From positions 691 to 64,690 of the forward strand of contig CASELQ010000002.1 of assembly GCA_949288785.1 (NCBI GenBank): a stretch of 64,000 bases of DNA, read 5' to 3'. A program made the position numbers and the translations under genes. Shown here one piece after another: positions 20,025-30,260 of the stretch (the stretch's first letter is position 1; every line of letters starts with the position of its first letter). The notes below the pieces were generated by a model. It did no database searches, was not told the DNA's origin, and saw only the letters and a program-made list of their open reading frames with translations. The stretch comes from an uncultured Eubacteriales bacterium (GTDB taxonomy: Bacteria; Bacillota; Clostridia; Christensenellales; Borkfalkiaceae).

Positions 20025-20864
20025 TCAGACCAAACCCATCTTTTTCATGAGGAAGGGGAAAGCCGCCTCGAAGTCTACGCCGTACCAGTTATGGGCGGGG
20101 TTGTTCATGGTCTTAATTATGCTTTCCACGGTAAAGTCCACCGCAACTTCGGTGCTTTCCTTTTGGTTGCGCCCGAGCGCAGCCGCACCGCACAGCGCGC
20201 TGGCAAACACGTCCCCCGTGCCGTGGAACGCCACGGGCAGGTACTCTCTGAAATAGCTGAAGAACTCGTTTTTAACGCTGTCGTATCCGTAGGCGCCGAG
20301 TTTGCTCTTTTCAAACGTAACGCCCGTTAAAACAGCCGTTTTCGCGCCGAGGCCGGTGAGTTTTTTAAGCGTCTCTTTAATATAATCCTCACTGTAACCG
20401 CCCGCTATATACGGTTCGTTTAACATAAACGCCGCTTCGGTGAGGTTGGGGACTATGATATCCGCCTTTCCGCAAAGGGTTGCCATTTTGTCTGCAAACG
20501 CCTGATCGAAACCCTTGTAAAGTTTGCCGTTGTCCGCCATGGCGGGGTCTACTATTATCAGGTTTTCGGCGGTGCCGAAATCGCGGAAGATGTCGCTCAC
20601 CAGATCTATCTGGCGGATGGAGCCGAGATAACCCGTATATATCGCGTCAAAGGTGATGCCTTCCTTTTTCCATTCTTCAGCAATGCCGGGTATATCGTCC
20701 GTAAGGTCGCGGAAGGTAAAACTTTTAAAAGCCGTGTGGTTTGAAAGCACCGCCGTGGGCAGCACAGCAGCCTCCACGCCGAACGCGCTTATTATGGGCA
20801 GCGCCACCGTAAGGGAGCATTTGCCCACGCAAGAGATGTCCTGAATAGTAAGTATTCTTTTCAT
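20025..20864 (-). CDS. pdxK: pyridoxal/pyridoxamine kinase (PdxK/ThiD ribokinase-like family)
   Basis: 279 aa with the C-terminal anion-hole motif GTGDVFASAL and an N-terminal ISCVGKCSL pattern typical of Firmicute pyridoxamine kinases. Confidence 0.75.
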   Translation of the reverse strand: MKRILTIQDISCVGKCSLTVALPIISAFGVEAAVLPTAVLSNHTAFKSFTFRDLTDDIPGIAEEWKKEGITFDAIYTGYLGSIRQIDLVSDIFRDFGTAENLIIVDPAMADNGKLYKGFDQAFADKMATLCGKADIIVPNLTEAAFMLNEPYIAGGYSEDYIKETLKKLTGLGAKTAVLTGVTFEKSKLGAYGYDSVKNEFFSYFREYLPVAFHGTGDVFASALCGAAALGRNQKESTEVAVDFTVESIIKTMNNPAHNWYGVDFEAAFPFLMKKMGLV

Positions 20865-20963
20865 ATCCGTATCGTCCTTGTAAGTATTTATAAATTGTGT
20901 TTTTGCTTTACAAATTTATTATCGCGGGTATCCGGGCTTTTTCCGTTTTGTGAAAAGTAACGG

Positions 20964-21818
20964 TTATTTTCCGGCGGTATTTTCGGTTTCTTCCCCGAAC
21001 ACTTCCGAAAACATATCGAGCCCGGAAATTTTTAACACCTTGGTTATGATCCGCGGGGTAAGGCGGGGGAACAGCCGTGAAAAGAACCACATGGAGCGCC
21101 CGTCCACCCCCATGACCATGCGCTTTTTTCGCTTGGCAATTCCGCGCACTATTTTTTTTGCGGCTTTTTCCGCCGGCATCATCAGCCGTGAGATAAGGCG
21201 GTTTTCCTTGTCCGTAATGGTCATGCGCCTTAAAATATCCGTCCTGATGAATCCGGGGTACACGCCCGCCACGTAAATTTTGCCGAGGTATTCCTGAATG
21301 AGCGTTTCGGTAAATCCGCGCACGGCAAATTTTGTGGCGCAGTACATGCTTTCGCCCACCACGGCGGTGAGCCCCGCCGCGCTTGCAACGTTTATTATTG
21401 CGGGAGATTGAGATTTTTTTATTGCGGGAATAAGCGCGGCAGTGCCCGTAACCACCGCGGAAAAGTTGGTGGCGGTAATTTCTTGAGCCTCCTCCTCCGA
21501 TATGTGCTCGAATTTTTTAAATGGCAGCATAAAGCCGGCGTTGTTTATGAGAATATCGGGCACAATGCCGTTTTCTTCGAGATAGCGAGAAAACTCCTTC
21601 CAGTTTTCCTTTACCGCCACGTCAAAAAGGCGGTAGGAAAAATTGGCGGAAAGAGTGCCTAAACTTTCCGCCGCGGCGCGGGCGCGCTGTTCGCTGCGGC
21701 ACACGCCGATGACTTTGCAGTTATAAAGGGATATCAGAAGGCGGGCGATATTCAGCCCTAAGCCGCCGCTCGCGCCGGTGATTATCACCGTTTTACCAAA
21801 AAGCCAGTTCTTTTTCAT
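20964..21818 (-). CDS. SDR family oxidoreductase
   Basis: The cofactor motif TGASGGLG, NNAG and the catalytic YCATK (YxxxK) are present. Confidence 0.85.
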   Translation of the reverse strand: MKKNWLFGKTVIITGASGGLGLNIARLLISLYNCKVIGVCRSEQRARAAAESLGTLSANFSYRLFDVAVKENWKEFSRYLEENGIVPDILINNAGFMLPFKKFEHISEEEAQEITATNFSAVVTGTAALIPAIKKSQSPAIINVASAAGLTAVVGESMYCATKFAVRGFTETLIQEYLGKIYVAGVYPGFIRTDILRRMTITDKENRLISRLMMPAEKAAKKIVRGIAKRKKRMVMGVDGRSMWFFSRLFPRLTPRIITKVLKISGLDMFSEVFGEETENTAGK

Positions 21819-22038
21819 GCGTATTATTTTAGCACTTTGCAGTTAAGTTTGCAACAAAATTACGCTTGCGCGCAGATTTTCGGCAATATAAAATATCAAT
21901 GGACTGTATAATAAATTTTGATATATTGCGCCGTTAAACCGCAGGCGGGCAGATTGACAATATAAAATTACAATAATATCGGCGGCGGCTTAAAAACCGC
22001 TTGAAAAAAAACGGGCGGTATGGTAAAATATCTGTATT

Positions 22039-24336
22039 ATGGAAAAGGTAAAGGATCTTATAGAAAAACTCAACCCCGAGCAGATAAAGCCGGTTCTGGA
22101 AACGGAGGGCGCTGTGCTTGTAATAGCGGGCGCGGGCAGCGGAAAGACCCGCGTACTCACCACGCGCATAGCCTATTTGGTGCAGGAAAAGGGGGTTTGG
22201 CCCTCGCGCATAATGGCTATAACCTTTACCAACAAGGCCGCGGGAGAAATGAAGGAGCGGCTGGATAAAATTATCGTGGGCGCCGAGGATATGTGGGTAT
22301 CCACCATACACAGCATGTGCGTTAGGATTTTGCGCCGCAATATAGAAAAATTGGGTTACGGCACCAACTTTTCCATTTATGACGAAACGGATAAAGACAA
22401 GCTCTTAAAGCGCGTGTTAGGCGACTTGCATTTAGACGCGGAAAAACTCTTAAAGCCCGCCAAAAACGCCATCTCCGCCGCCAAGAACGACTGTATGTCG
22501 CCCGAGGAATTTCTTGCGGAAAACAGGGGGTTAAGGCTTGCGGACGAAATTTATTCGGTTTACGCCGCCTACGAAAAGGAGATGTTCAAAAGCAACGCGC
22601 TGGACTTTGACGACCTTTTGTATAAAACGTATATTCTGTTCGAGGACTTTCCCGAGGTGGCGGACTACTATTCCGAAAAGTTTTTGTATATACATATAGA
22701 CGAGTTTCAGGATACCAACAAGGTGCAGTTTTATATAGCCGAGCGGCTGGCGGCAAAGCACGGCAACATCTTCGCCGTGGGGGATGACGACCAGAGCATT
22801 TACGGATGGAGGGGCGCGCGGATAGAGAACATACTTTCCTTTGACGAGATCTATCCGGACGCAAAGGTCTTTAAACTCGAACGCAACTACCGTTCCACCA
22901 AAAGGATACTCGAGCTTGCCAACTGCATAATAGCTCACAACACGGGGCGCAGGGGCAAAAATCTGTGGACGGAAAACCCCGACGGGGTAAAGGTTGAGAC
23001 CTTTGTGGGGACGGACGAGAACAACGAAGCCACTTATACCGCGTTGCAGATAAAAAACCTCATGGCGCGCAATTCGGATCTTTCTTACCGGGACTTTGCG
23101 GTGTTCATGCGGGTGAACGCCCTTTCCCGGGCATACGAGCAGGAGTTCACGAAATACGGCATACCTTATCGGATATTCGGGGGCTTTCGGTTCTTCGAGC
23201 GTAAGGAAGTAAAGGACGTGCTTTCCTACCTAAAACTCATAAACAACCCCAAGGACGACGAGTCCTTTTTAAGGAGCATAGGCGTGCCCAAGAGAGGTAT
23301 AGGCGACAAGACTTTAAGGGAACTTAGGGAGTTTGCCGCGGCTAACGGCGAAAGCCTTTACGAAGCGGCGGGCAAAGCCGTATTCTCGTCGGTTTCCTCC
23401 GCGGCAGCCTCAAAGCTTGGCGGATTTAAAGGGCTGATAGACGGGTTCAGGACCTATTCCGAAAGCCACACGCCGGCGGAACTCATAGCATACGTTATAA
23501 AGGCGACGGCGTTCAACGAACAGTTTGCCGAGCAGACCGAGGAGAATACGTCCAGGCTGTATAACATAAGCGAACTTTTGAACTCCGCGGAGCAGTTCGT
23601 AAAGGACAATGCCGGCGCCGACCTTGCCGATTACCTTAACTCCGTAACTTTAAGTTCGGATACGGACGACCTTAACGCCGATAACTCTGTAACGGTTGCC
23701 ACCATCCACGCGGCAAAGGGTCTTGAATACAGGTGCGTGTTCGTGGCGGGGCTGGACGAGGAGGTGCTGCCGATACTTAGGAGCGGCGCGGAAGAGGACG
23801 AGATGGAAGAGGAGCGCAGGCTCATGTACGTGGCGGTTACCCGTGCCGAGGAAAGGCTTTACCTTACCCGCGCGAACAGCCGTTATATGTACGGCAGCAG
23901 AAAATATATGCGGCCATCCCGTTTTTTAAGGGAGGCGGACGAGGTGCTTGCCCCCGAAAAGAAGGATGCCCGCGGCGGATACGGCGGTTACGGGGACCGC
24001 GCGGAGCGGGCGTACCGGCGCGGCGGATACGGCTTGAACCGGGGCGATTATTCGCGTGCAGAAGAGGATTTCGGGGATGACGTGCCCTCCTCAGGCGGGT
24101 ATTCTTCGCAGTACGCTCTGAGCATGCTCTCGGGCGGAAAACCCGCGCCCGTAAAATCTGTTTCCTCCGGCAGGGGCGGCTACAAGACGGGCGCTCGCGT
24201 TCGGCATACAAAATTCGGCGAAGGAACGGTTATAGACGTGCGCGGAGAAGGGGATAATATTATAGTGAACGTGGCGTTTAAGGGCGTGGGGATAAAGGCG
24301 CTTTCGGTAAAATACGCGCCCATGGAGATAATATAA
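22039..24336 (+). CDS. pcrA: ATP-dependent DNA helicase PcrA/UvrD with Gly/Tyr/Arg-rich linker and C-terminal Tudor-like domain
   Basis: SF1 helicase motifs AGAGSGKT, DEFQDTN, NYRST and TIHAAKGLE are present. The C-terminal KFGEGTVIDV module resembles the PcrA/UvrD Tudor domain. Confidence 0.92.
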   Translation: MEKVKDLIEKLNPEQIKPVLETEGAVLVIAGAGSGKTRVLTTRIAYLVQEKGVWPSRIMAITFTNKAAGEMKERLDKIIVGAEDMWVSTIHSMCVRILRRNIEKLGYGTNFSIYDETDKDKLLKRVLGDLHLDAEKLLKPAKNAISAAKNDCMSPEEFLAENRGLRLADEIYSVYAAYEKEMFKSNALDFDDLLYKTYILFEDFPEVADYYSEKFLYIHIDEFQDTNKVQFYIAERLAAKHGNIFAVGDDDQSIYGWRGARIENILSFDEIYPDAKVFKLERNYRSTKRILELANCIIAHNTGRRGKNLWTENPDGVKVETFVGTDENNEATYTALQIKNLMARNSDLSYRDFAVFMRVNALSRAYEQEFTKYGIPYRIFGGFRFFERKEVKDVLSYLKLINNPKDDESFLRSIGVPKRGIGDKTLRELREFAAANGESLYEAAGKAVFSSVSSAAASKLGGFKGLIDGFRTYSESHTPAELIAYVIKATAFNEQFAEQTEENTSRLYNISELLNSAEQFVKDNAGADLADYLNSVTLSSDTDDLNADNSVTVATIHAAKGLEYRCVFVAGLDEEVLPILRSGAEEDEMEEERRLMYVAVTRAEERLYLTRANSRYMYGSRKYMRPSRFLREADEVLAPEKKDARGGYGGYGDRAERAYRRGGYGLNRGDYSRAEEDFGDDVPSSGGYSSQYALSMLSGGKPAPVKSVSSGRGGYKTGARVRHTKFGEGTVIDVRGEGDNIIVNVAFKGVGIKALSVKYAPMEII

Positions 24337-26273
24337 TGGAAAACATGCGTGAGCTTGTGGACCTTTTAAACAGGTACGCAAGGGAATATTATGTGGAAGA
24401 CGCGCCCACCGTATCCGACAAGGAATACGACGCGCTTTACGATAAGCTCGTAAAAATGGAGAAAGAGACGGGCACCGTGCTGTTCGATTCTCCCACGCGT
24501 AGGGTGGGGGGCGAGCCCGTTTCGGCATTTAAAAAACACACGCATATAGAGCGGCTGTATTCGCTCGACAAAGCCACGTCTTTTGAAGAGCTTGCCGCGT
24601 TCGACAGGCGTATAGGCGAAGAGAATACGGAATACACCGTGGAATATAAATTCGACGGGCTTACCATGTGCCTTACTTACGAGGGGGGAAAGTTCGTGCG
24701 GGCGGCAACGCGGGGCAACGGCGTTACGGGAGAGGACGTAACGGCGCAGGCGCTCACCATAAAGAGTTTTCCGCTCACCATAGATTATAAGGGCACGCTG
24801 GAAGCGCAGGGAGAGGCGGTCATGCGGCTTTCGGCATTGGAGGAGTATAACCGCACGGCGGCGGAGCCGCTTAAAAACGCGCGCAACGCGGTGGCGGGCG
24901 CAATTCGCAATTTGGACCCCAAGGTAACCGAGAAAAGAAGGGCGGAAATACTCTTTTACAACGTAAACTATATGTCGGAAGGCGCGCTCCGAAGTCAGAC
25001 CGAATGCGTGGAATTTTTAAGAGAGCAGGGCTTTAAAGTGCATCCGTTTTTAAGGGTGTGCCGCGGGATAGAGGAAGTTACCTCCGCCGTAAAGGAAGTG
25101 GAGAGCACGAGAAAGGAACTCGACTATCTTACGGACGGCGCCGTAATAAAGGTGAACGACTTTGCGTTAAGGCGGCGGCTGGGCTTTACGGACAAGTTCC
25201 CGCGGTGGGCAATAGCTTATAAGTTCGAGGCGGAAGAAGTTACCACCGTCTTAAAAGACGTAAAGTGGCAGGTGGGAAGGACGGGAAAGCTTACGCCCCT
25301 GGGGCTTGTGGAACCCGTTGTGCTTGCGGGTGCCACCGTAAAAAAGGCCACTCTCAACAATTACGGGGATATTATTAGGAAAAAGGTGAAAAAGGGCGCG
25401 CGCGTCCTTATCCGCCGCAGCAACGAAGTAATACCCGAAATTCTGGGCGCCACCGAAATACCGGAGGGCGCAAAGGATATAGAAAAGCCGGAAAAGTGCC
25501 CCTATTGCGGCACGGCGCTCACGGAGACGGGCGCCAACCTCTTTTGCCCCAACAAAAACTGCGAGCCGAGAATAGCCGCAAACCTTACCAACTTTGCATG
25601 CAAAAACGGAATGAATATAGAGGGATTTTCGGCGGAGACGGCAAAACTTCTCATAAGAAAGTTAAACATAACCCGTTTCGGGGACCTTTACGCGCTGAAT
25701 AAGAGCATGCTTTTAAAGCTCGAAGGCTTTCAGACCGCCAAGGCGGACAACCTGCTTTCCGCCATAGAAAAAAGCAAGAACGTGCCGCTTGAAAACTTTA
25801 TTTTCGCGCTGGGCATAGACAACGTGGGCAGAAAGACCGCCAAAGACCTTGCGGCAAAATACAAGGATATACGCGCGCTCATGTCCGCAAAAAAAGAGGA
25901 CCTTATGGAGATGGACGACGTGGGCGAAGCGGTTGCGGACAGCATTACCGGCTACTTTGCCGACAGCGACAACGTGCGCGAGACAGAGCGGCTGTTTGCG
26001 GCGGGAGTAACGCCCGGTAAAGCGCCGGAAGCGGTTTTGGGCGGGGCGTTTTCGGGGCAGAAAGTGGTGCTTACCGGCACGCTTTCCGAGTATAAGAGGG
26101 ACGAGGCCGCCAAATTGATAGAGAGCCTCGGCGGAGAAGTGAGTTCTTCGGTATCCAAAAACACCACGCTGGTGGTGGCGGGAGAGAGCGCGGGCAGCAA
26201 ACTCGACAAGGCGCGCGCCCTCGGAATAAAAATAATAGACGAAACGGAATTTAAATCGCTGCTAAAAAGTTGA
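24336..26273 (+). CDS. ligA: NAD-dependent DNA ligase
   Basis: It has the adenylation Lys motif EYKFDGL, the zinc finger CPYCG...CPNKNC, HhH repeats and a BRCT tail. The start overlaps the pcrA stop (TAATG). Confidence 0.95.
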   Translation: MENMRELVDLLNRYAREYYVEDAPTVSDKEYDALYDKLVKMEKETGTVLFDSPTRRVGGEPVSAFKKHTHIERLYSLDKATSFEELAAFDRRIGEENTEYTVEYKFDGLTMCLTYEGGKFVRAATRGNGVTGEDVTAQALTIKSFPLTIDYKGTLEAQGEAVMRLSALEEYNRTAAEPLKNARNAVAGAIRNLDPKVTEKRRAEILFYNVNYMSEGALRSQTECVEFLREQGFKVHPFLRVCRGIEEVTSAVKEVESTRKELDYLTDGAVIKVNDFALRRRLGFTDKFPRWAIAYKFEAEEVTTVLKDVKWQVGRTGKLTPLGLVEPVVLAGATVKKATLNNYGDIIRKKVKKGARVLIRRSNEVIPEILGATEIPEGAKDIEKPEKCPYCGTALTETGANLFCPNKNCEPRIAANLTNFACKNGMNIEGFSAETAKLLIRKLNITRFGDLYALNKSMLLKLEGFQTAKADNLLSAIEKSKNVPLENFIFALGIDNVGRKTAKDLAAKYKDIRALMSAKKEDLMEMDDVGEAVADSITGYFADSDNVRETERLFAAGVTPGKAPEAVLGGAFSGQKVVLTGTLSEYKRDEAAKLIESLGGEVSSSVSKNTTLVVAGESAGSKLDKARALGIKIIDETEFKSLLKS

Positions 26274-26323
26274 AATATATTTGTATTTGTGATAAAATAT
26301 ATCAAATACGGGAGAAAAGTTTT

Positions 26324-27199
26324 ATGCTCAGCATGACGGGGTACGGAAAAGCCGAATATACGGGCGAGGGAATAAGCCTTACCGTGGAGATCAAGACGGT
26401 GAACAACCGTAATTTCGATCTCAACGCCAGGGTGCCGCGCGCCTTTTTCGCGCTGGAAGATAAGGTAAGAAAGGCGGTGCGCAGCCATATAGAGCGCGGG
26501 AAAGCCGACCTGTATATAAATTTTTCCGATACGCGCAGGGCGGCTTCGGGCGTAAATATAAACGAGGAGCGGGCGCAGGCGGTATTCTCGGCGGCAAAAA
26601 AGCTGGCTTTATTGCTCGGCGCCGAGAACGACATGACCGTCTCCCAGATACTCCGCTTTCCGGACGTGGTGGAAGAGAACGCCTATCAGGACGTTTCGGA
26701 GCTTGAAGAGCCGCTTATAAACGCTGTGAACGCCGCGTGCGAAAACCTTAACCTTATGCGCCGGCAGGAGGGTGAAAAACTCTCTTCCGACATGCTTTCC
26801 CGCATGGAGGAGATAGAGCGGCTGGTGCTTAAAATCAAGGAGCGGGCGCCGCTTGTCGCCGCGGAATATAAGGATAAACTGAAAGCGAGGATAGAAGAGG
26901 CGCTCTCCGGCGTGAATTACGAAGAGGACAGGCTGCTTTCCGAAGTGGCGTTTTTTACGGACAGGGCCAATATAGACGAAGAGCTGACAAGGCTGTTTTC
27001 GCACATTGCGCAGTTTCGCTCCATTGCCGAAAGCGGCGGCGCGGGTTCGGGCAAGAAACTGGACTTTTTGATGCAGGAATTCAACAGAGAGGCCAACACC
27101 GTGTGCAGCAAATCCAACGACATCACGGTAACAAACCTTGCGCTTTCGCTTAAAAACGAGATAGAAAAGGTGAGGGAGCAGGTTCAGAACATTGAGTGA
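26324..27199 (+). CDS. yicC: YicC/YloC family stress-induced protein
   Basis: The N-terminal MLSMTGYG is typical of YicC_N, with a DUF1732-like C-terminus (EFNREANT). The context (followed by gmk and rpoZ) is conserved. Confidence 0.85.
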   Translation: MLSMTGYGKAEYTGEGISLTVEIKTVNNRNFDLNARVPRAFFALEDKVRKAVRSHIERGKADLYINFSDTRRAASGVNINEERAQAVFSAAKKLALLLGAENDMTVSQILRFPDVVEENAYQDVSELEEPLINAVNAACENLNLMRRQEGEKLSSDMLSRMEEIERLVLKIKERAPLVAAEYKDKLKARIEEALSGVNYEEDRLLSEVAFFTDRANIDEELTRLFSHIAQFRSIAESGGAGSGKKLDFLMQEFNREANTVCSKSNDITVTNLALSLKNEIEKVREQVQNIE

Positions 27200-27200
27200 T

Positions 27201-27764
27201 ATGCGTAACGTTCTGGTGGTTATATCCGGCCCTTCCGGGGTGGGAAAGGGCACAATAGCAAGGCTGCTCACCGAAAGAGAGGGATACGCACTTTCGGTAT
27301 CCTGTACCACGCGCCCGCCGAGGCCGGGTGAAAAAAACGGCAGGGAATACTTTTTTCTTTCGCGTGAAGAGTTTTTGCAAAAGATAAATACGGGCGGTCT
27401 GCTGGAATATTCGGAGCACTTCGGAAATTTTTACGGCACTCCGAGAGACTTCGTTACCGAAAAGCTGCAAAAAAACGACGTGATTCTGGAAATAGACGTA
27501 AACGGCGGGCTGAAAGTAAAAGAAAGCTATCCCCGGGCGGTGCTCATCATGATACTTCCCCCCTCGCTCGAAGAGGTTAAAAGGCGGCTTAAAAAGCGCA
27601 ATACCGAGGGGGAAGCGGAGATAGAGCTGCGCATGCAGAGGATAGGCTACGAATTAAGCAAAAAAGACCTCTACGATTATGCGGTCGTAAACGCCGACCT
27701 TTATAAGACGGCGGAAGAGATAGAGCGCATCATAGAGGGCGAAAAAAATAAAGATCAAAATTAA
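27201..27764 (+). CDS. gmk: guanylate kinase
   Basis: It has the P-loop ISGPSGVGKGT and the TTRPPRPGE motif. Confidence 0.93.
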   Translation: MRNVLVVISGPSGVGKGTIARLLTEREGYALSVSCTTRPPRPGEKNGREYFFLSREEFLQKINTGGLLEYSEHFGNFYGTPRDFVTEKLQKNDVILEIDVNGGLKVKESYPRAVLIMILPPSLEEVKRRLKKRNTEGEAEIELRMQRIGYELSKKDLYDYAVVNADLYKTAEEIERIIEGEKNKDQN

Positions 27765-27776
27765 AGGAGAAGATAT

Positions 27777-27980
27777 ATGATACATAAACCTCCGATAGAT
27801 GAACTTGCGGATAAGGTAAAATCTAAATACGCGCTGTGCGTGCTTGCAAGCAAGCGCGCACGGCAACTCATGGAGCAGGCTCAGAACCAGGGGCTTACCG
27901 AACTTCCCGGCGGCGAAAAACCGCTTACGGTGGCGGCGCAGGAAATTTACGACGGGAAACTGATTGCCACGGATGACTGA
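27777..27980 (+). CDS. rpoZ: DNA-directed RNA polymerase subunit omega
   Basis: 67 aa with SKYALCVLASKRARQL, the conserved omega core. Its position after gmk fits. Confidence 0.9.
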   Translation: MIHKPPIDELADKVKSKYALCVLASKRARQLMEQAQNQGLTELPGGEKPLTVAAQEIYDGKLIATDD

Positions 27981-27995
27981 CAGATACTGACAGAT

Positions 27996-28029
27996 AAACG
28001 CGTTCATGAGTTCCCTTGTGAACGCGTTT
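27996..28029 (+). terminator. perfect 11-bp hairpin between rpoZ and priA (terminator/attenuator-like)
   Basis: AAACGCGTTCA, a 12-nt loop, then TGAACGCGTTT, followed by T-rich GACTTTGATTT. It is preceded by the 10-bp tandem ACTGACAGAT x2 (27976..27995). Confidence 0.45.
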
Positions 28030-28054
28030 GACTTTGATTTGCGGAGAGCGCACT

Positions 28055-30250
28055 TTGTTTGCCGAAGTTATAGTGGACATAACCCACTCCGATGTGGACA
28101 GGATTTTCGAGTATTCGTTTGAAGGCTGCGGGATAGTGCCCGGCAGCCGCGTTCTCGTGCCGTTCGGCAGATACAGCGCGGAGGGCGTGGTGATTGCGGT
28201 AAAGGATACAAGCGAATTTGCTCCGGATAAAATAAAGAGCATAATAAAGCCGCTCGAGGATATTCCCGCTTTAACAAAAGAAACGCTCGAACTTTCCGAG
28301 TACGTGGCAAAGCGCTGCTTTGTTACGCGCGCCGCGGCGTTAAGGCTGTTCCTGCCCGTGGGAATGCGCAAGGGCAGGGTAAAAGAAAAGGTAATAAAAT
28401 ACGCCGCCTTAAAAGAGGGCGTGAACGCGGACGAGGCGGTATCCACCCTCAAAAAAAACGCCGTGCGCCAAAGGGACCTTATATACTATCTTGCCGAAAA
28501 CGGCGGGGAAGAGACGGCGTATCTTAATTCCGAGTTCGGCTCCGCCGCGGTGCATGCGGCGGCAGCCAAGGGGTTTATAGAGTTCACTGCGGAGCGGCGG
28601 CTGCGCTCGCCCTATTCGGGGCTTAAAGCGGGCGGCAAAAAGGTGGAGTTGACCTCAAAGCAATTAGCGGCGATAGAGAGCGTGGAAAATACCGATAAGA
28701 TGACCACCCTTCTTTTCGGGGTAACGGGCTCCGGCAAAACCGAAGTGTATTTGGAACTCATAAGCCGCGCAATCGCCGAAAACAAGACGGCGATAATGCT
28801 CGTGCCCGAAATTTCCTTAACTCCGCAGATGTTAAAGCAGCTCCGCGCCCGGTTCGGAGATCAGGCGGCAATCATGCACAGCGGGCTTTCGGCGGGCGAA
28901 CGGCTGGACGAGTGGTGGAGAATAAGAACGGGCAGGGCAAAGATAGCCATAGGCGCCAGGAGCGCGGTATTTGCGCCGCTTGAAAATATAGGCATAATAA
29001 TTATAGACGAGGAGCACGACGGGAGTTACGTAAGCGAATCGGCGCCGCGCTACGTTACCGCGGAAGTGGCGAAAAGGCGGGCGGCGCATTACGGGGCAAA
29101 GCTGGTGCTGGGCAGCGCCACCCCTTCGGTGGAAAGTTATCTTAAAGCCACGGAGGGCGAATACAACCTTGCCGAACTTCCCGAGCGCATAAACAAAAAG
29201 CCGCTGCCGGACGTGGAGATCGCCGATATGCGGCAGGAGATCCGGCGGGGCAACAACAGCCCCTTTTCGGCGGCGTTAAAGAGCGAACTTTCGGAGTGTC
29301 TTTCGCGGGGCGAACAGGCTATAATATTTCTCAATCAGCGCGGGTATTCGAGAACGGTTATCTGCACCGAGTGCGGGCACGTGCAAAAATGCGCCTCCTG
29401 CGACGTTTCGCTCACCTATCATAAAGAGGACGAATCGCTTTTGTGCCATTACTGCGGCGCTAAATATAAGATGATTACCGCCTGCACCGAGTGCGGCAGC
29501 CCCTTTATCCGTTACGGCGGCTTCGGCACCGAGAGGGTGGTGGCGGAACTTAAAAAACTGTTCCCCCAAGCGCGCATACTGCGCATGGACAGGGATACCA
29601 CTTCCACCAAGGAAGGGCACTATAAAATTTTAAGTATGTTTGCCGAAAGAAAGGCGGATATTTTAGTGGGCACACAGATGATAGCCAAGGGGCACGATTT
29701 TCCCGCGGTTACCCTCGTGGGGATACTCGATGCGGACATGAGCCTGCACTTTGCCGATTACAGGAGCGGCGAACGCACTTTCCAGCTGATAACCCAGGTT
29801 GCGGGCAGGAGCGGCAGGGCGGACAGTGCGGGAAAAGTGGTCTTGCAGACCTATTCGCCCGAAAACGCGGTGCTCCGCCGCGCCATAAATTACGATTACA
29901 AGGGCTTTTTCGAGCACGAAATATCGGTGCGTAAAGCCACCGGTTTTCCGCCGTATACCGACATAGTGAGAGTGCTTGTGGCAAGCGAGGACGATGAGTG
30001 CGCCCTAAGCGCCACGAAGGAAATGTACGAGCGGCTTAACGTAATATACAAACAGAACAGGGAAAAATTTGCCTTTTTCGGCTGTATGAAGGCGCCCCTT
30101 AAAAAATTGCAGAACAAATTCCGCTATCAGGTGCTCATGCGTATAAAGGACGGGGAGGAAATTATTGCCGCCGCCGGCGCCGCCTGTGCGGAAGTAAACC
30201 GCGGCAAGGTTTTCTGCTACATAGAAATAAATCCCAATAACCTTACGTAA
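28055..30250 (+). CDS. priA: primosomal replication protein N' (PriA helicase)
   Basis: Motifs GVTGSGKTEVY and DEEHD are present, with Cys-rich zinc clusters (CTECGHVQKCASCD..CHYCG..CTECGS). A TTG start at 28055 gives (M)FAEVIVD, as in B. subtilis MNFAEVIVD. GGAGAG lies 6 nt upstream. The ORF-track start at 28028 lies inside the upstream hairpin. Confidence 0.88.
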   Translation: MFAEVIVDITHSDVDRIFEYSFEGCGIVPGSRVLVPFGRYSAEGVVIAVKDTSEFAPDKIKSIIKPLEDIPALTKETLELSEYVAKRCFVTRAAALRLFLPVGMRKGRVKEKVIKYAALKEGVNADEAVSTLKKNAVRQRDLIYYLAENGGEETAYLNSEFGSAAVHAAAAKGFIEFTAERRLRSPYSGLKAGGKKVELTSKQLAAIESVENTDKMTTLLFGVTGSGKTEVYLELISRAIAENKTAIMLVPEISLTPQMLKQLRARFGDQAAIMHSGLSAGERLDEWWRIRTGRAKIAIGARSAVFAPLENIGIIIIDEEHDGSYVSESAPRYVTAEVAKRRAAHYGAKLVLGSATPSVESYLKATEGEYNLAELPERINKKPLPDVEIADMRQEIRRGNNSPFSAALKSELSECLSRGEQAIIFLNQRGYSRTVICTECGHVQKCASCDVSLTYHKEDESLLCHYCGAKYKMITACTECGSPFIRYGGFGTERVVAELKKLFPQARILRMDRDTTSTKEGHYKILSMFAERKADILVGTQMIAKGHDFPAVTLVGILDADMSLHFADYRSGERTFQLITQVAGRSGRADSAGKVVLQTYSPENAVLRRAINYDYKGFFEHEISVRKATGFPPYTDIVRVLVASEDDECALSATKEMYERLNVIYKQNREKFAFFGCMKAPLKKLQNKFRYQVLMRIKDGEEIIAAAGAACAEVNRGKVFCYIEINPNNLT

Positions 30251-30260
30251 AGGAGAAATA

